NCBI GenBank assembly: GCA_964631145.1 | Contig: CAZVXT010000002.1 | Span: 65,140 to 129,139, forward strand | DNA: 64,000 nt | From: an uncultured Candidatus Saccharibacteria bacterium | GTDB taxonomy: Bacteria > Patescibacteriota > Doudnabacteria > UBA920 | Direction of reading: 5' to 3' | Shown here: one piece after another, positions 47,976-58,790 of the stretch | How positions within the stretch are numbered: position 1 is the first letter of the stretch | Layout of the letters: the number at the start of each line of letters is the position of its first letter | Made by a program: the position numbers and the translations under genes | Notes under the pieces: model-generated | Database searches by the model: none | Told to the model about the DNA's origin: nothing | Seen by the model: only the letters and a program-made list of their open reading frames with translations

Positions 47976-49319
47976 ATGCTCGATATTAAATTTGTTCGTG
48001 ACAATGTGGATGCTGTCAAAAAAGCCATTGTAGATAAGCGCATTGATTTGGATTTAGATGCTTTATTGGATTTAGATTCTAAACGTCGCACTGCTTTAGC
48101 AGAAGTAGAAAGCTTGCAGTCGACAAAGAATGCATTTTCTAAAGAAATAGCCAATTTATCTGATGCTGATAAGCAAGTGAAGCTTTTAGAAATGAAAGAA
48201 TTAGATGCTCGCCAAGCAGAATTTAAAGAGCAACTAAAAAGTATAGATGAAGAGTATTCCCGCTTATTGTATTTGGTTCCAAATATTCCATCCAAAGAAA
48301 CTCCGATCGGTAAAGATGATACAGAAAATGTACCATGGAGTTACTGGTCTCCAGAGCTTGGTCATGTTGATCCAAAAGATACAGACAAGGTTGCTGCTAT
48401 GGCAACAAAATTTGATTTTACACCCAAAGATCATATTACTTTAGTTGAAGATTTAAATTTGGCAGATTTTACCCAAGGAACAAATGTATCTGGTTTCCGT
48501 GGATATTTTTTGAAAAATGAGGCTGTGTTATTACAACAGGGTTTGCTTTGGTATGCGATGGAAAAGTTAAGAAGTAAAGGTTTTACTTTAATGCAAACTC
48601 CTACATTGGTAAAGGAATTTGCTTTGATTGGTAGCGGTCATTTTCCTGCTGGACGCGGCGAAGTTTATCAAGTTGCTAACGCGGCTCGTTTGGAAGATGA
48701 TAGTAAAGAGCCTCGCTTTTTAGCAGGGACGAGCGAACCAAGCTTAATTGGATATTTTGCAGATCAAATTTTGGAGGAAAAGAATTTGCCAATTCAAGTT
48801 TCTGGTATTTCTGCTTGCTATAGAAGTGAAGCTGGTAGTTATGGTAAAGATACAAAAGGACTTTATCGTGTCCATGAGTTCCAAAAAGTCGAGCAGGTAA
48901 TTATCTGTAAAGCAGATATTAATGAAGCTGATATGTGGCTCGAAAAATTGCGTGAAATTAGTGAAGAAATTTTGCAAGATCTTAAACTCCCATATCGTGT
49001 TTTAAATATTTGTACAGGCGATATGGGCGCAGGTAAATACAAGATGTATGATATTGAAACTTGGATGCCAGCTAGAAATGGCTATGGTGAGACTCACAGT
49101 GATTCTAATTTAACAGATTGGCAAGCAAGGCGTTTGAATATTCGTTATCGTGATAGCGAAGGAAAAATTAAGCATGCTTACACTTTAAATAATACAGCTG
49201 TTGCTAGTCCACGCATTTTAATACCGATTTTGGAAAACTATCAGCAAGCAGATGGTAGTGTAAAGGTTCCTGAGGTTTTACAAAAATATGTAGGAACAGA
49301 CGTAATCAAAAAGAAGTAG
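47976..49319 (+). CDS. serS: seryl-tRNA synthetase
   Basis: N-terminal coiled-coil arm; class II motifs. Confidence 0.9.
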   Translation: MLDIKFVRDNVDAVKKAIVDKRIDLDLDALLDLDSKRRTALAEVESLQSTKNAFSKEIANLSDADKQVKLLEMKELDARQAEFKEQLKSIDEEYSRLLYLVPNIPSKETPIGKDDTENVPWSYWSPELGHVDPKDTDKVAAMATKFDFTPKDHITLVEDLNLADFTQGTNVSGFRGYFLKNEAVLLQQGLLWYAMEKLRSKGFTLMQTPTLVKEFALIGSGHFPAGRGEVYQVANAARLEDDSKEPRFLAGTSEPSLIGYFADQILEEKNLPIQVSGISACYRSEAGSYGKDTKGLYRVHEFQKVEQVIICKADINEADMWLEKLREISEEILQDLKLPYRVLNICTGDMGAGKYKMYDIETWMPARNGYGETHSDSNLTDWQARRLNIRYRDSEGKIKHAYTLNNTAVASPRILIPILENYQQADGSVKVPEVLQKYVGTDVIKKK

Positions 49320-49364
49320 TGCTTTATAGACTTTAAAGGTTAAAGAGTTGAAGTAAAAATATCA

Positions 49365-50627
49365 ATGATTAAAAAAAATGTTCAGCAACAACTCGCAGGG
49401 TTAGCAAAACAGATTTTGCAGAAGCATCGCCCAAAAATTGTGGGCATTACTGGTAGCGTTGGCAAAACTTCTACTCGCGACGCTATCGCAGCAGTATTGA
49501 AACAAGATTTCAAAGTTCGTAGTCCAAAAAAGAATTTCAATAATGAATTTGGACTTCCTTTTGCTATTTTAGGAGTGGATACGCCAGGTCGTAATCCACT
49601 GCTTTGGCTTTGGGTATTTATTAAAGGCTATTTGGTTTTGTGGATCGGACACTATCCAGAGGTATTGGTATTAGAAATGGGTGTAGATAGGGTCGGTGAT
49701 ATGGATTATTTACTTTCTATTGCACCCCCTGACATAGCAGTTCTTACTGCTATTGGGAGCTCTCATTATCAATATTTTCAAAGTATGGAAGCGGTAGCTG
49801 CAGAAAAAAGTAAGCTTATTGTTTTTCCTTCTGTACAGACTGTGATTATTAATGCTGATAATGATTTTGCTTTAGCCCAACAAACAAAAGTAAAGACTAA
49901 AATAATTACATACGGAAAATCCCAACAGTCCGTTGTTAAAATTAATATTTTGGAAGAAAAATTTACTTTACCCGCAACTACATACTTTAAAGTTGATACT
50001 GCATATAGTAGCTTCGAGTCTAAATTGTTTGCGGTGGGAACACCTCATTTATCGGCAGCTGCTGCAGCGGTTGCGGTTGGTCTAAGCTTAAATATGACTG
50101 TCGAAGATATCTGTAATGGTTTGCTAAGTTATAGACCAGTGCCAGGTAGATTAAATTTTATACAAGGTATTAAACAGTCTACTATTATTGAGGATAGTTA
50201 TAATGCATCTCCAGAATCCACTCTCGAAGCGTTACAGGTTTTATCTCGCATGCCTCAAACTCACAAAGTTGCCGTTCTAGGTGATATGTTAGAATTAGGT
50301 GATTTAGAAGTTAATAGTCACAAAGAAGTAGGGCAAGCGGCAAGTTCGGTTATTAACTTAGATTGGTTAATTGGTATTGGTCCGAGAGCAAAAATGATTT
50401 TAGAATCTGCTATTAGCTCAGGATATGACGAACGACAGACCAAATGGTTTGAGCACTCCACCGACTCCATAAGTTTTATAAAATCATTACTAGAGCCTCA
50501 GATGGCAGTTTTGATTAAAGGTTCTCAAGGAGTCAGGATGGAAATAATTAGTAAAGAATTACTTGCGGAGCCATCCGCAGCAGCACAGTTATTGCCTCGT
50601 CAATATGGTAAATGGCTTAATGATTAG
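49365..50627 (+). CDS. murF: Mur ligase family enzyme, MurF-like
   Basis: ITGSVGKTST P-loop; C-terminal Mur ligase domain. Confidence 0.55.
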   Translation: MIKKNVQQQLAGLAKQILQKHRPKIVGITGSVGKTSTRDAIAAVLKQDFKVRSPKKNFNNEFGLPFAILGVDTPGRNPLLWLWVFIKGYLVLWIGHYPEVLVLEMGVDRVGDMDYLLSIAPPDIAVLTAIGSSHYQYFQSMEAVAAEKSKLIVFPSVQTVIINADNDFALAQQTKVKTKIITYGKSQQSVVKINILEEKFTLPATTYFKVDTAYSSFESKLFAVGTPHLSAAAAAVAVGLSLNMTVEDICNGLLSYRPVPGRLNFIQGIKQSTIIEDSYNASPESTLEALQVLSRMPQTHKVAVLGDMLELGDLEVNSHKEVGQAASSVINLDWLIGIGPRAKMILESAISSGYDERQTKWFEHSTDSISFIKSLLEPQMAVLIKGSQGVRMEIISKELLAEPSAAAQLLPRQYGKWLND

Positions 50628-50631
50628 ATAA

Positions 50632-51696
50632 ATGATTTTTAAAGCAAAACAAAAAAAACTGGATTCAAAAACTAGATTTCAACACCAAACTTTTACAAAG
50701 CAGTTAAAGGTGGCTAGTAGTTATAAGCGAAATACAAAACCTGTTCCAGAAAATCGTTTTGGTTATATTTTAAAGTTTGTTGGACTAAATTCCTGGTGGA
50801 AGCAGCTGTTAGTAGCTGTCTTTTTAGGAGTGATGTTATATTTGGTTTATATGCCAAACTTTTTAACTTTAAAAAATATCATAGTTAGCGGTATTGATCA
50901 AAATGGTCAGAATCAAATAATTTCTGACAGCCAAAAATATTTGAATGCCCAATTATTTTTGAAAGCCCCAAAAAATTTATTATTTTTAAGTACAAAAAAT
51001 TTAAAAAATTATTTAGCTCAAAATAAAGATATTAACCAAGTTGTAAATATTAAAAAAGATTTTTCCCATCAATCTTTGCATATTGATGTTGAGGCTAAAT
51101 ACACCCAGTTTTTACTTTATACTCCTCAATCGGTTTTTGATATTTATAATGACGGCAGCTTAAGATCTACAGCAGGGATTAAACCTGACCAATTTTTAAC
51201 TGTAGCAAATACCCAGATAATAAAATTATATACTGACGGCTTGTTGCCAGATGGAGAAAATATACAAATTATCACACCAGAGTATACTCAAAAAATCGTA
51301 GCTCTAAATAAACTTGTATTAGAAAAAATTAACTTAAACCTACTTTATTATAAAATTGAATCCCTTAATAAGAAAATCATAAATAATAATCAGGAAACGC
51401 AGTCCAATGATCAATCTGCAAATGGAGTTGTTACTACAGACAATATACAGCAATGGGAGATTGTAACTCCTTACAAAGCTTCAAGTATAGATTTTATTTT
51501 GACCCCTGACAAAAATTCTAATAATGGGTTTATAGTTAAGATTGATCCACAGTTGGATTTATCTAAAACCATAGATCAGTTAAGTAAATTACTCAATCAG
51601 ACTAGTAGCGAGAGGTTGCATTCATTATCGTATATAGATTTAAGGGTGCAGGATAAAGCTTATTTATGTCTTAAGAATACCGTTTGCAATAATTAA
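50632..51696 (+). CDS. ftsQ: FtsQ/DivIB-like cell division protein
   Basis: Single TM helix followed by a POTRA-like segment (LKNIIVSGID...); position after murF. Confidence 0.45.
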   Translation: MIFKAKQKKLDSKTRFQHQTFTKQLKVASSYKRNTKPVPENRFGYILKFVGLNSWWKQLLVAVFLGVMLYLVYMPNFLTLKNIIVSGIDQNGQNQIISDSQKYLNAQLFLKAPKNLLFLSTKNLKNYLAQNKDINQVVNIKKDFSHQSLHIDVEAKYTQFLLYTPQSVFDIYNDGSLRSTAGIKPDQFLTVANTQIIKLYTDGLLPDGENIQIITPEYTQKIVALNKLVLEKINLNLLYYKIESLNKKIINNNQETQSNDQSANGVVTTDNIQQWEIVTPYKASSIDFILTPDKNSNNGFIVKIDPQLDLSKTIDQLSKLLNQTSSERLHSLSYIDLRVQDKAYLCLKNTVCNN

Positions 51697-51934
51697 AGGT
51701 AGTGAATTGACGTGGTTTTTTGTGACACCGATTCAAATGAAAGTTTTTAAATAAAATTAAAACGAGGGAATTTAGTTGCCTCGTTATTTTTTTTCTAATT
51801 TTTGTCAATAGAATATTGACAAGACGAGGGTGAAGTGTGGGCTGCTAATCCACACCCACTAACTTTAACGCAATGTTAAAGTCATTTATCAAATACAATT
51901 TCCCGTATTTGTGACAAAAAACAAAAACGCTTAT

Positions 51935-51970
51935 ATTTTATATAAAATATAAGCGTTCTTTCTTATTCAT
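51935..51970. terminator. perfect 15-bp inverted-repeat hairpin at the 3' end of the minus-strand GT gene
   Basis: aacgcttatatttta tataaaatataagcgtt. Confidence 0.5.
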
Positions 51971-51998
51971 AAAATTAAAATATGAATTTTGCAGTGAG

Positions 51999-53543
51999 TT
52001 ATTCTACTTTATATTGTGTTGCTACTACCCAAGTTCCAACATATGGTCTTACTTCGGCAAAACCTTGTTCGTCGATTTGCTTCCAGTTTTTTGGCACCGC
52101 TGGCTTGCTTCCACCAAAACCATTTGTCCATATTACCCATATTACATCGCCGGTCTTTCCAGCTTCATTAAAGTCTAAAACCAAATCGTCATTGGTGAGA
52201 ATGGCTGTTCCAGCAAAATGAGGAAGATTTTCTACTTTGTTTTTATTGGTGTATAACAGTGGTTTTACTGATGTTTTGTTGTAATATTTATAATTAAAGA
52301 ATTCAAAGCTACTTGCTACAAATATTTTTTGATTAGACTGTACATTATTCGCTAACATTTTTGATAAAGCTGCCATGCCTGGTTTTTTATCTACTTTTAA
52401 TTCTTGCCAGTAATATGCAATGCTAAATAAATTTATAATGATGAGTACAATTAATGCAATTGTCTTTAAGCCATAAATTTTAATTTTTGTTATCCATAAG
52501 CTTACTAACATAAGCAAGAATGGACTTGCAAACAAAAAATATCTTACTAAATAAACAGAAGAATTGCTTCCAGAAAGCTTAGCTAATAGTGCAAAAAGTA
52601 GTGACCCAATAAACGGAGCTAAGAAAGTAAATAGGATTAAATATTTTTCTGGTTGATTATATGTTTTTATAACTTGCACGCATACCAAAATGACGAAAGC
52701 CAAGACTAATATCATTATAATATTGCCTGGTTGACCTATATGAATAAGCAAATCATATAATGTTTGTGGGACGCTCCACACATTGATGGGCGGTATCCAA
52801 TAACCACTACCAACTTGCTTGTATTGAAAGAGGAATACTTTTAACCAAGGAATAAATAAAATTAATATGCTAATTCCGCTTAAAATGATTAACCAGTATT
52901 TTTTAATATCCCATTTAAAAAATTTGATATTAAACCATAACCCATAAGCTCCTAACATTCCTACTGTAAAGAGTAAATAGTAATGGGTATAAATCATGGC
53001 GGCTGATGCTAGAATAAAGCCGACGTAATTTAAAATTAAAGACTTCTTATTTGTATTAGAATTTTCATAATAATCTTTAGTTAAATTTAGTGCTTTAGCT
53101 AAAAATATTGCTCCTAATACTGCAAGGAGTGCACCCATTGTGTACATTCTAGCTTCGGTGACATACTGTACGCTGAACGGATTTATTGCCACTAGTAAAC
53201 CAGCTATTAAAGCAGTTTTTACATCAAAATATTTTTTGATAAAAATATATACCAGACTAACTGTAGCAACTCCAAATGCTACTGACATTAATCTTAAAGA
53301 AAATAAAGAGTACCCAAAAATGTAATGCCAAATTCTTAGTACTATATAGTAAAGGGGTGGGTGGACATCCAACCCAATTCTATACATCATTTCTCCCCAT
53401 GAATACTTAATTAGTAGGGCAGAGAAGGCTTCGTCATGCCATAAGGAGATTTTTGTTAAATTGTATAATCTTACAATAATACCTAAAAGTGTAATAGATA
53501 ATATTGCAAAATGGGTTTTTATGTAGGTGTTGATTTTTTGCAT
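51999..53543 (-). CDS. GT-C fold membrane glycosyltransferase (ArnT/PMT family 39/83-like)
   Basis: 12+ TM helices; DE motif in the first periplasmic loop (SLWHDEAF). Confidence 0.6.
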   Translation of the reverse strand: MQKINTYIKTHFAILSITLLGIIVRLYNLTKISLWHDEAFSALLIKYSWGEMMYRIGLDVHPPLYYIVLRIWHYIFGYSLFSLRLMSVAFGVATVSLVYIFIKKYFDVKTALIAGLLVAINPFSVQYVTEARMYTMGALLAVLGAIFLAKALNLTKDYYENSNTNKKSLILNYVGFILASAAMIYTHYYLLFTVGMLGAYGLWFNIKFFKWDIKKYWLIILSGISILILFIPWLKVFLFQYKQVGSGYWIPPINVWSVPQTLYDLLIHIGQPGNIIMILVLAFVILVCVQVIKTYNQPEKYLILFTFLAPFIGSLLFALLAKLSGSNSSVYLVRYFLFASPFLLMLVSLWITKIKIYGLKTIALIVLIIINLFSIAYYWQELKVDKKPGMAALSKMLANNVQSNQKIFVASSFEFFNYKYYNKTSVKPLLYTNKNKVENLPHFAGTAILTNDDLVLDFNEAGKTGDVIWVIWTNGFGGSKPAVPKNWKQIDEQGFAEVRPYVGTWVVATQYKVE

Positions 53544-53552
53544 AAATGCAAA

Positions 53553-55322
53553 TTAATTAAAATTAATAATATAAACTGCCAAAACTGTTTGGTTAAATTT
53601 ATTTCTATCTTCCCGCATTAGTTTGGCTTCAGGATGGTATTGCTTAAACTTTTTAATGTCAAAAATGCTAGATTGTGTAAAAACAATCTGGTCACCATTT
53701 TTTAAATTATTAAGTTTCCAAGAATCTTCAGGATCAACTTGTATATAAGGTTGATTTTGAGGGTCGTTAGCGTTGCTTGGATCGTGACTCGTAAAATACT
53801 CTACTGTCTGGACCGAAAACTTATCTAATATTAAATAAGTATTATTTTTATTGCCAAAAACTTTTAGATAATCTGAAACAACTGTTAAATCGCTTCTAAA
53901 AGCATAAAAATTTTCTGGTGAGTTAGCAGCTTTAACGAAATACAACACATAAGAGTAAGAAATTATACTTAATACATAAACAATAATTAAAGCATATTTT
54001 GCACCAGTCAATAATTTTTGCTTCGGAGTAGAAATTTGTGCCCAAAATTTGTTACAGATTTTTTCTGCAATTTCATACACTTTCCACAAGCCGATTGCAG
54101 ACATAATAAAGATAACAGGAATTGTTCCAATTGACCTTAGTCCATGGGGAATACCTTCTGCTGTCGTTATTACAGGAATTAACATAGACCAGAACCAGCC
54201 AGTTAGCAAAAAGTATGGCCATAAATATTGCTTTTTGATAGGAGATAATGCATAAACCACAGCCCAATAAAAACATAAAATTAATCCCAGTACAAAAAAT
54301 GGGGATATCATAATTGGCAAAAAACCTGCACCAGAAATATTATGACGCCAATTTAAATCTCCATCCATAAAGTAGGCTGTTAGGCTGGCACGGGTAACCT
54401 CAGTTATTGTTCCTATTAAATTGCCGTTGTTAAGTTCGGGATTAAATACAGATACTTGTCCGCTTCTACCGACAAAGCTATCTGGATGAGTATAAAAGTA
54501 GTGGGCAATAGGAGATATAACAATAATAAATGCTATGCCTGCAAACAAGATGCTCGTTAAATGAGTTTTTATGTTTGCCCACAATGGCTTTTGCCATAAA
54601 TAAGCAGCAATTGGCCAAAGAACTGCAATAAATATCAACGGTACCATAATGCGATAAGCAATATAGGTGTAAAAGCCTAATGCAAAAAAGGTTCCTGTTA
54701 AGATTGCATAAATATATTGTTTAGATTTTGTAGATGTCCTTATATAGCAAAGCAGTCCCAAAAAAGTCAGTGTTGTAAATAAAGGTATAAGATTAGCTCT
54801 GAATGCTGTGCGTGATAAAACAATATACCAACTAGAGCTTGCCATGAAGAAAGCGCTAATCAACGCAATCCAATTGGCTTTATTATTATTTTTTTCTTCA
54901 ATTATTTCGTCTGCATCAGATTGCTTTACTTGGGTTTGTAAAATTAATTTTCGAGTTAGATAGAAAGTAAAAATAGTTGCAAATAGTCCCACTAAAGCAG
55001 AAACTATGTGGTGTTGCCATGGTCCTTTTCCAAATATGGCTACACTTGCCCATAACATATAGAAAAATAAAGCTTCTCTACCATTTCCTCTCTCATAAAA
55101 TGGCTGTAAGTGCCCTTGCTGCATTAAATTAATATCTAGTCCGTTAGCAGCTTCATCAGGGAATAGTCCTCCTGGCATATGATTTATTTGCCAGAACCTA
55201 AAAAACGCCGCAAGGACGATAACGGCGATAAGTAAGTATTTTATATTTTTGTTCATTTTCATAGGTTGTTTATGTTCATAAAGTTTTGTTATAATTGCTC
55301 TATGAATCAAATTGGAAACCAA
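53553..55322 (-). CDS. GT-C fold membrane glycosyltransferase (ArnT/PMT-like), second paralog
   Basis: GLFPDEAANG DE motif; polytopic membrane protein. Confidence 0.6.
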   Translation of the reverse strand: MVSNLIHRAIITKLYEHKQPMKMNKNIKYLLIAVIVLAAFFRFWQINHMPGGLFPDEAANGLDINLMQQGHLQPFYERGNGREALFFYMLWASVAIFGKGPWQHHIVSALVGLFATIFTFYLTRKLILQTQVKQSDADEIIEEKNNNKANWIALISAFFMASSSWYIVLSRTAFRANLIPLFTTLTFLGLLCYIRTSTKSKQYIYAILTGTFFALGFYTYIAYRIMVPLIFIAVLWPIAAYLWQKPLWANIKTHLTSILFAGIAFIIVISPIAHYFYTHPDSFVGRSGQVSVFNPELNNGNLIGTITEVTRASLTAYFMDGDLNWRHNISGAGFLPIMISPFFVLGLILCFYWAVVYALSPIKKQYLWPYFLLTGWFWSMLIPVITTAEGIPHGLRSIGTIPVIFIMSAIGLWKVYEIAEKICNKFWAQISTPKQKLLTGAKYALIIVYVLSIISYSYVLYFVKAANSPENFYAFRSDLTVVSDYLKVFGNKNNTYLILDKFSVQTVEYFTSHDPSNANDPQNQPYIQVDPEDSWKLNNLKNGDQIVFTQSSIFDIKKFKQYHPEAKLMREDRNKFNQTVLAVYIINFN

Positions 55323-55655
55323 AACCCTAAGTTTGTTTCTTTTGCAAAGTATGCATGGCTTATTAGCCTTACTTTTTTAATTTTAACACTTCTTACTGTA
55401 ATTATCAAAATTTTCCGTGCTTCAGATATATCAGCTTTGCATTATAATGTGGTGCTTGGGGTAACTCAAATTGGCAGTAAATATCAATTATTAAAAGTTC
55501 CTGCAACAGGGCTAATTATCACGGCTATTAATTATCTGCTTGCGAAATTATCAGTAACTCGTCAAGATTTGATGCCGTTTTTATTAAGCCTGCTTACTTT
55601 ATTTATAAACTTTATTTTATTTATCTCAGCTATATTTTTATTTAACGTTAGTTAA
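55302..55655 (+). CDS. hypothetical membrane protein (GtrA-like?)
   Basis: ATG at 55302; 4 TM helices; precedes the GT2 gene. Confidence 0.35.
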   Translation: MNQIGNQNPKFVSFAKYAWLISLTFLILTLLTVIIKIFRASDISALHYNVVLGVTQIGSKYQLLKVPATGLIITAINYLLAKLSVTRQDLMPFLLSLLTLFINFILFISAIFLFNVS

Positions 55656-55659
55656 TTTT

Positions 55660-57312
55660 ATGTTTCGAAAACGAACTTTTAGAGAACGAGTTTGGGAAAT
55701 TATTCCTGGACTTTCATTTTGGACTGTAATTATTGCGGCAATATTATTGTCGTATTTTAAGCCTGTATGGGCAGCTGTGTTTATTGTATGCTTTGATCTT
55801 TACTGGGTGCTTAAAGCTTTAAATGTAGCAACTCATTTGATAGCTAGTTATAGACGGTTTAGAGTATATTCCAAAATAGATTGGATGGCTCTTTTACCTT
55901 TGTTGACTAATAAAAAACAGATACTGGATCAACTTACCTCTTATAAAACAAGTTCAAAAAAATTAATAGAAAAAAGAATTTGGTCTAAAGAGCTATCTCG
56001 TTTAAAAAGTCTAAATGATAACCAAGTTATACATAAACCTTTTACTGACTTTTATCATATGGTTATTATTCCTTTCGTGGACGAAAGTGTTGAAGTTTTA
56101 AGTACTACAGTTCAAGCTTTGGCTGACAGTAAATATCCTAAAGATAAAATGATGGTTGTTTTGGCTCGCGAAGAACGGGTTGGGGAAGAGAGCCAAAAAG
56201 TTGCAGATCAGATTTTGCAAAAATTTGATGGACAATTTTATAAAATGTTTGTCACACATCACCCAGACGGATTACCTGGGGAGATTAAGGGGAAAAGTGC
56301 TAATGCAAGCTATGCGGTCTCTTCTTTATTACCGGTGTTAACTCAATTAGGTATTGATTATGACAATGTTCTAATTTCTAATCTTGATAGCGATACCATT
56401 GTTCATCCTCAATATTTTGCTCGTGTAATGTACGAGTTTTTAACTAATGAAAAACCTTATCGTCGTAGTTATCAGCCTATTGCTATTTATAACAATAATA
56501 TTTGGGATAGTCCTGCGTTTATTCGCGTTGTTTCTGTTTCTAATTCATTTTGGCAGTTTACAGAAAGTAGTAGACCCGACAGGCTTAGGACGTTTGCTTC
56601 ACATACTATGACGCTACGAACTTTAATTGACGTAGGTTTTTGGAAAAAAGATATTATTAATGAAGATGGTTATATCTTTTGGCAATGCTATTTGCACTAT
56701 GAAGGAGAATATGAAGTTGTGCCATTATTTTTGCCAGTGTCATTAGATACATGTTTGGCAGATACTTTTTGGCAAACTCTTATTAATCAATATAAGCAAA
56801 AACGTCGCTGGGCTTATAACGTTGAATACTATCCTCATCTAATTTCTAAATTGGTGTTTAGTCGGGCTCCATTTTTTGATCGCATGTACAAATTATTTCA
56901 GTATGTAGAAGGTAATTTTAACTGGGCAACTGCCAGCTTGCTGATTACTGTTATGGGTAGACTTCCTTTATTAATTGGAGGTGAGGCATTTCAACAAAGT
57001 GTTATTGGATATAACTTACCTCAAGCAACGAGTTGGTTGATGATAATTGCAACTGCATTTTTGATTTTTAGCGTATATATTAATTTGATATTGTTGCCGC
57101 CAAGACCGGCTAAGTATGGACCAATGCGCAGCGTGATGATGTATTTGCAATGGTTTTTGGTTCCAATAACTTCTGTAGTATTCGGTAGTTTGCCAGCCAT
57201 TGAAGCACAAACAAGATTGATGCTAGGTAGATACTTAGAATTTTGGGTCACTCCAAAAGCTCGAAAGGGCGAGGTTACTGCCGGCGGTCTTGAAGAAATG
57301 AAAGGGGTATAG
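55660..57312 (+). CDS. processive family 2 membrane glycosyltransferase (cellulose/chitin-synthase-like)
   Basis: DxD (NLDSDT) and QxxRW (QYKQKRRW) motifs; flanking TM helices. Confidence 0.7.
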   Translation: MFRKRTFRERVWEIIPGLSFWTVIIAAILLSYFKPVWAAVFIVCFDLYWVLKALNVATHLIASYRRFRVYSKIDWMALLPLLTNKKQILDQLTSYKTSSKKLIEKRIWSKELSRLKSLNDNQVIHKPFTDFYHMVIIPFVDESVEVLSTTVQALADSKYPKDKMMVVLAREERVGEESQKVADQILQKFDGQFYKMFVTHHPDGLPGEIKGKSANASYAVSSLLPVLTQLGIDYDNVLISNLDSDTIVHPQYFARVMYEFLTNEKPYRRSYQPIAIYNNNIWDSPAFIRVVSVSNSFWQFTESSRPDRLRTFASHTMTLRTLIDVGFWKKDIINEDGYIFWQCYLHYEGEYEVVPLFLPVSLDTCLADTFWQTLINQYKQKRRWAYNVEYYPHLISKLVFSRAPFFDRMYKLFQYVEGNFNWATASLLITVMGRLPLLIGGEAFQQSVIGYNLPQATSWLMIIATAFLIFSVYINLILLPPRPAKYGPMRSVMMYLQWFLVPITSVVFGSLPAIEAQTRLMLGRYLEFWVTPKARKGEVTAGGLEEMKGV

Positions 57313-58379
57313 TGCAAGCTTATTATTTAATTTATTTGGCTATAGCCGCTGCTTTTGCTGTATTATTTACACCTGCAGTTAAGTATTTTGCTTTTAAATA
57401 CGGCTTTATGGATATTCCTAAGCCTCCGCGTAATCTTCATGCTAAACCGATTCCTAAATTAGGTGGATTAGCAGTTTATTTATCTTTTGTTTTGGTGCTG
57501 ATTGGTTATCTTTATTTTGGTAATATAGATTTTCAAATTTTGCCTTTAAAATTTATTTTAGCTTTAATTTTAGGTGGTCTAGTTTTGATGATTGGTGGAT
57601 TAATAGATGATAAATATGATTTATCTGCAAAATGGCTTTGGATGTTTCCTGCTATTGCAAGTTTAATAGTTGTTTTATCTGGAATCGGTGTAGGTATTAA
57701 GTTTTTAACTAATCCTTTTGGTGGTACGGTCAGCTTGGATTATTTGTGGTTTGGCATGCCTCTATCTGGAATTGTAGTTTTTTTGTGGCTAATGGGTATG
57801 ATGTTTACTTCAAAATTTTTGGATGGTATAGATGGCTTAGTGGCAGGTATTGGAGTAATTTCTGGGTTTACTATGTTTGGTTTATGTTTAACTTCTACTG
57901 TGGATCAGCCTATGATTGCCAATATTGCAATTATTTTTGCCGGCAGTCTATTAGGATACCTAATTTATGCTTGGCATCCTGCAAAGATATTTTTAGGAGA
58001 AGGTGGAAGTACATTTGTTGGTTTTGTTTTAGGTGTACTATCAGTAATTTCCGGTGCCAAAATCGCGACTGCATTGTTAGTAATGGGTATTCCAATTTTA
58101 GATGTGGCATGGGTAATACTTCAAAGACTTATTGCTGGAAAAAGTCCTTTTAAAGGAGATCGATTGCATTTGCATTTTAGACTTTTAGATCTTGGACTTA
58201 GTCAAAGACAAGTAGTGGTGATTTTGTATAGCTTGTCTGCGCTGTTTGGAGTTATAGCGATATTTTTGCAAAGTATGGGCAAGTTAGTTGCATTAGGTGT
58301 ACTATTTGCATCCATGATTAGCGTTTTAACTTTGTTATATTATTTGTATAAAAAGAAAAAGAAGTTAGTACAAAATTAA
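57312..58379 (+). CDS. polyprenyl-phosphate sugar-1-phosphate transferase (MraY/WecA family, GT4)
   Basis: GLIDDKYDL motif; 10-11 TM helices. Confidence 0.7.
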   Translation: MQAYYLIYLAIAAAFAVLFTPAVKYFAFKYGFMDIPKPPRNLHAKPIPKLGGLAVYLSFVLVLIGYLYFGNIDFQILPLKFILALILGGLVLMIGGLIDDKYDLSAKWLWMFPAIASLIVVLSGIGVGIKFLTNPFGGTVSLDYLWFGMPLSGIVVFLWLMGMMFTSKFLDGIDGLVAGIGVISGFTMFGLCLTSTVDQPMIANIAIIFAGSLLGYLIYAWHPAKIFLGEGGSTFVGFVLGVLSVISGAKIATALLVMGIPILDVAWVILQRLIAGKSPFKGDRLHLHFRLLDLGLSQRQVVVILYSLSALFGVIAIFLQSMGKLVALGVLFASMISVLTLLYYLYKKKKKLVQN

Positions 58380-58385
58380 GATTTA

Positions 58386-58730
58386 TTGTATAATAAAAAT
58401 ATGGAAATTAAATTAAACCCCGAACAATTAAACTCTGACATTGATAAAAATGAAGAATTTGCAGCGTCCGAAGTTGATCATGATATTAATCGTGAGCCTC
58501 ATATAAAAAATTCTGAACCTATTACATCACAAGAAAATACCAATGATTTGCCTAATTTAGTAATAGAGCCAATTGAAACTACCAAGCACGATCAATTGGA
58601 CTTAGAGCAAAATGAAGAAGAGCAAAACCACTTGTTTGAGCAAAGAGTGGAAGAAGCTGCTATAAAAGAGAATAATTTGGTAGATTCTAACTCCGCGTAC
58701 GAGCTTACAAAAATTTTAAACGGCGAGTAG
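58386..58730 (+). CDS. hypothetical acidic protein
   Basis: ORF track; rich in Glu and Asn. Confidence 0.35.
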   Translation: MYNKNMEIKLNPEQLNSDIDKNEEFAASEVDHDINREPHIKNSEPITSQENTNDLPNLVIEPIETTKHDQLDLEQNEEEQNHLFEQRVEEAAIKENNLVDSNSAYELTKILNGE

Positions 58731-58790
58731 TATTTAAACAAATAGTCAAAAAATAACACAATAACAAAACTCCAAACAAAAATATAATTA

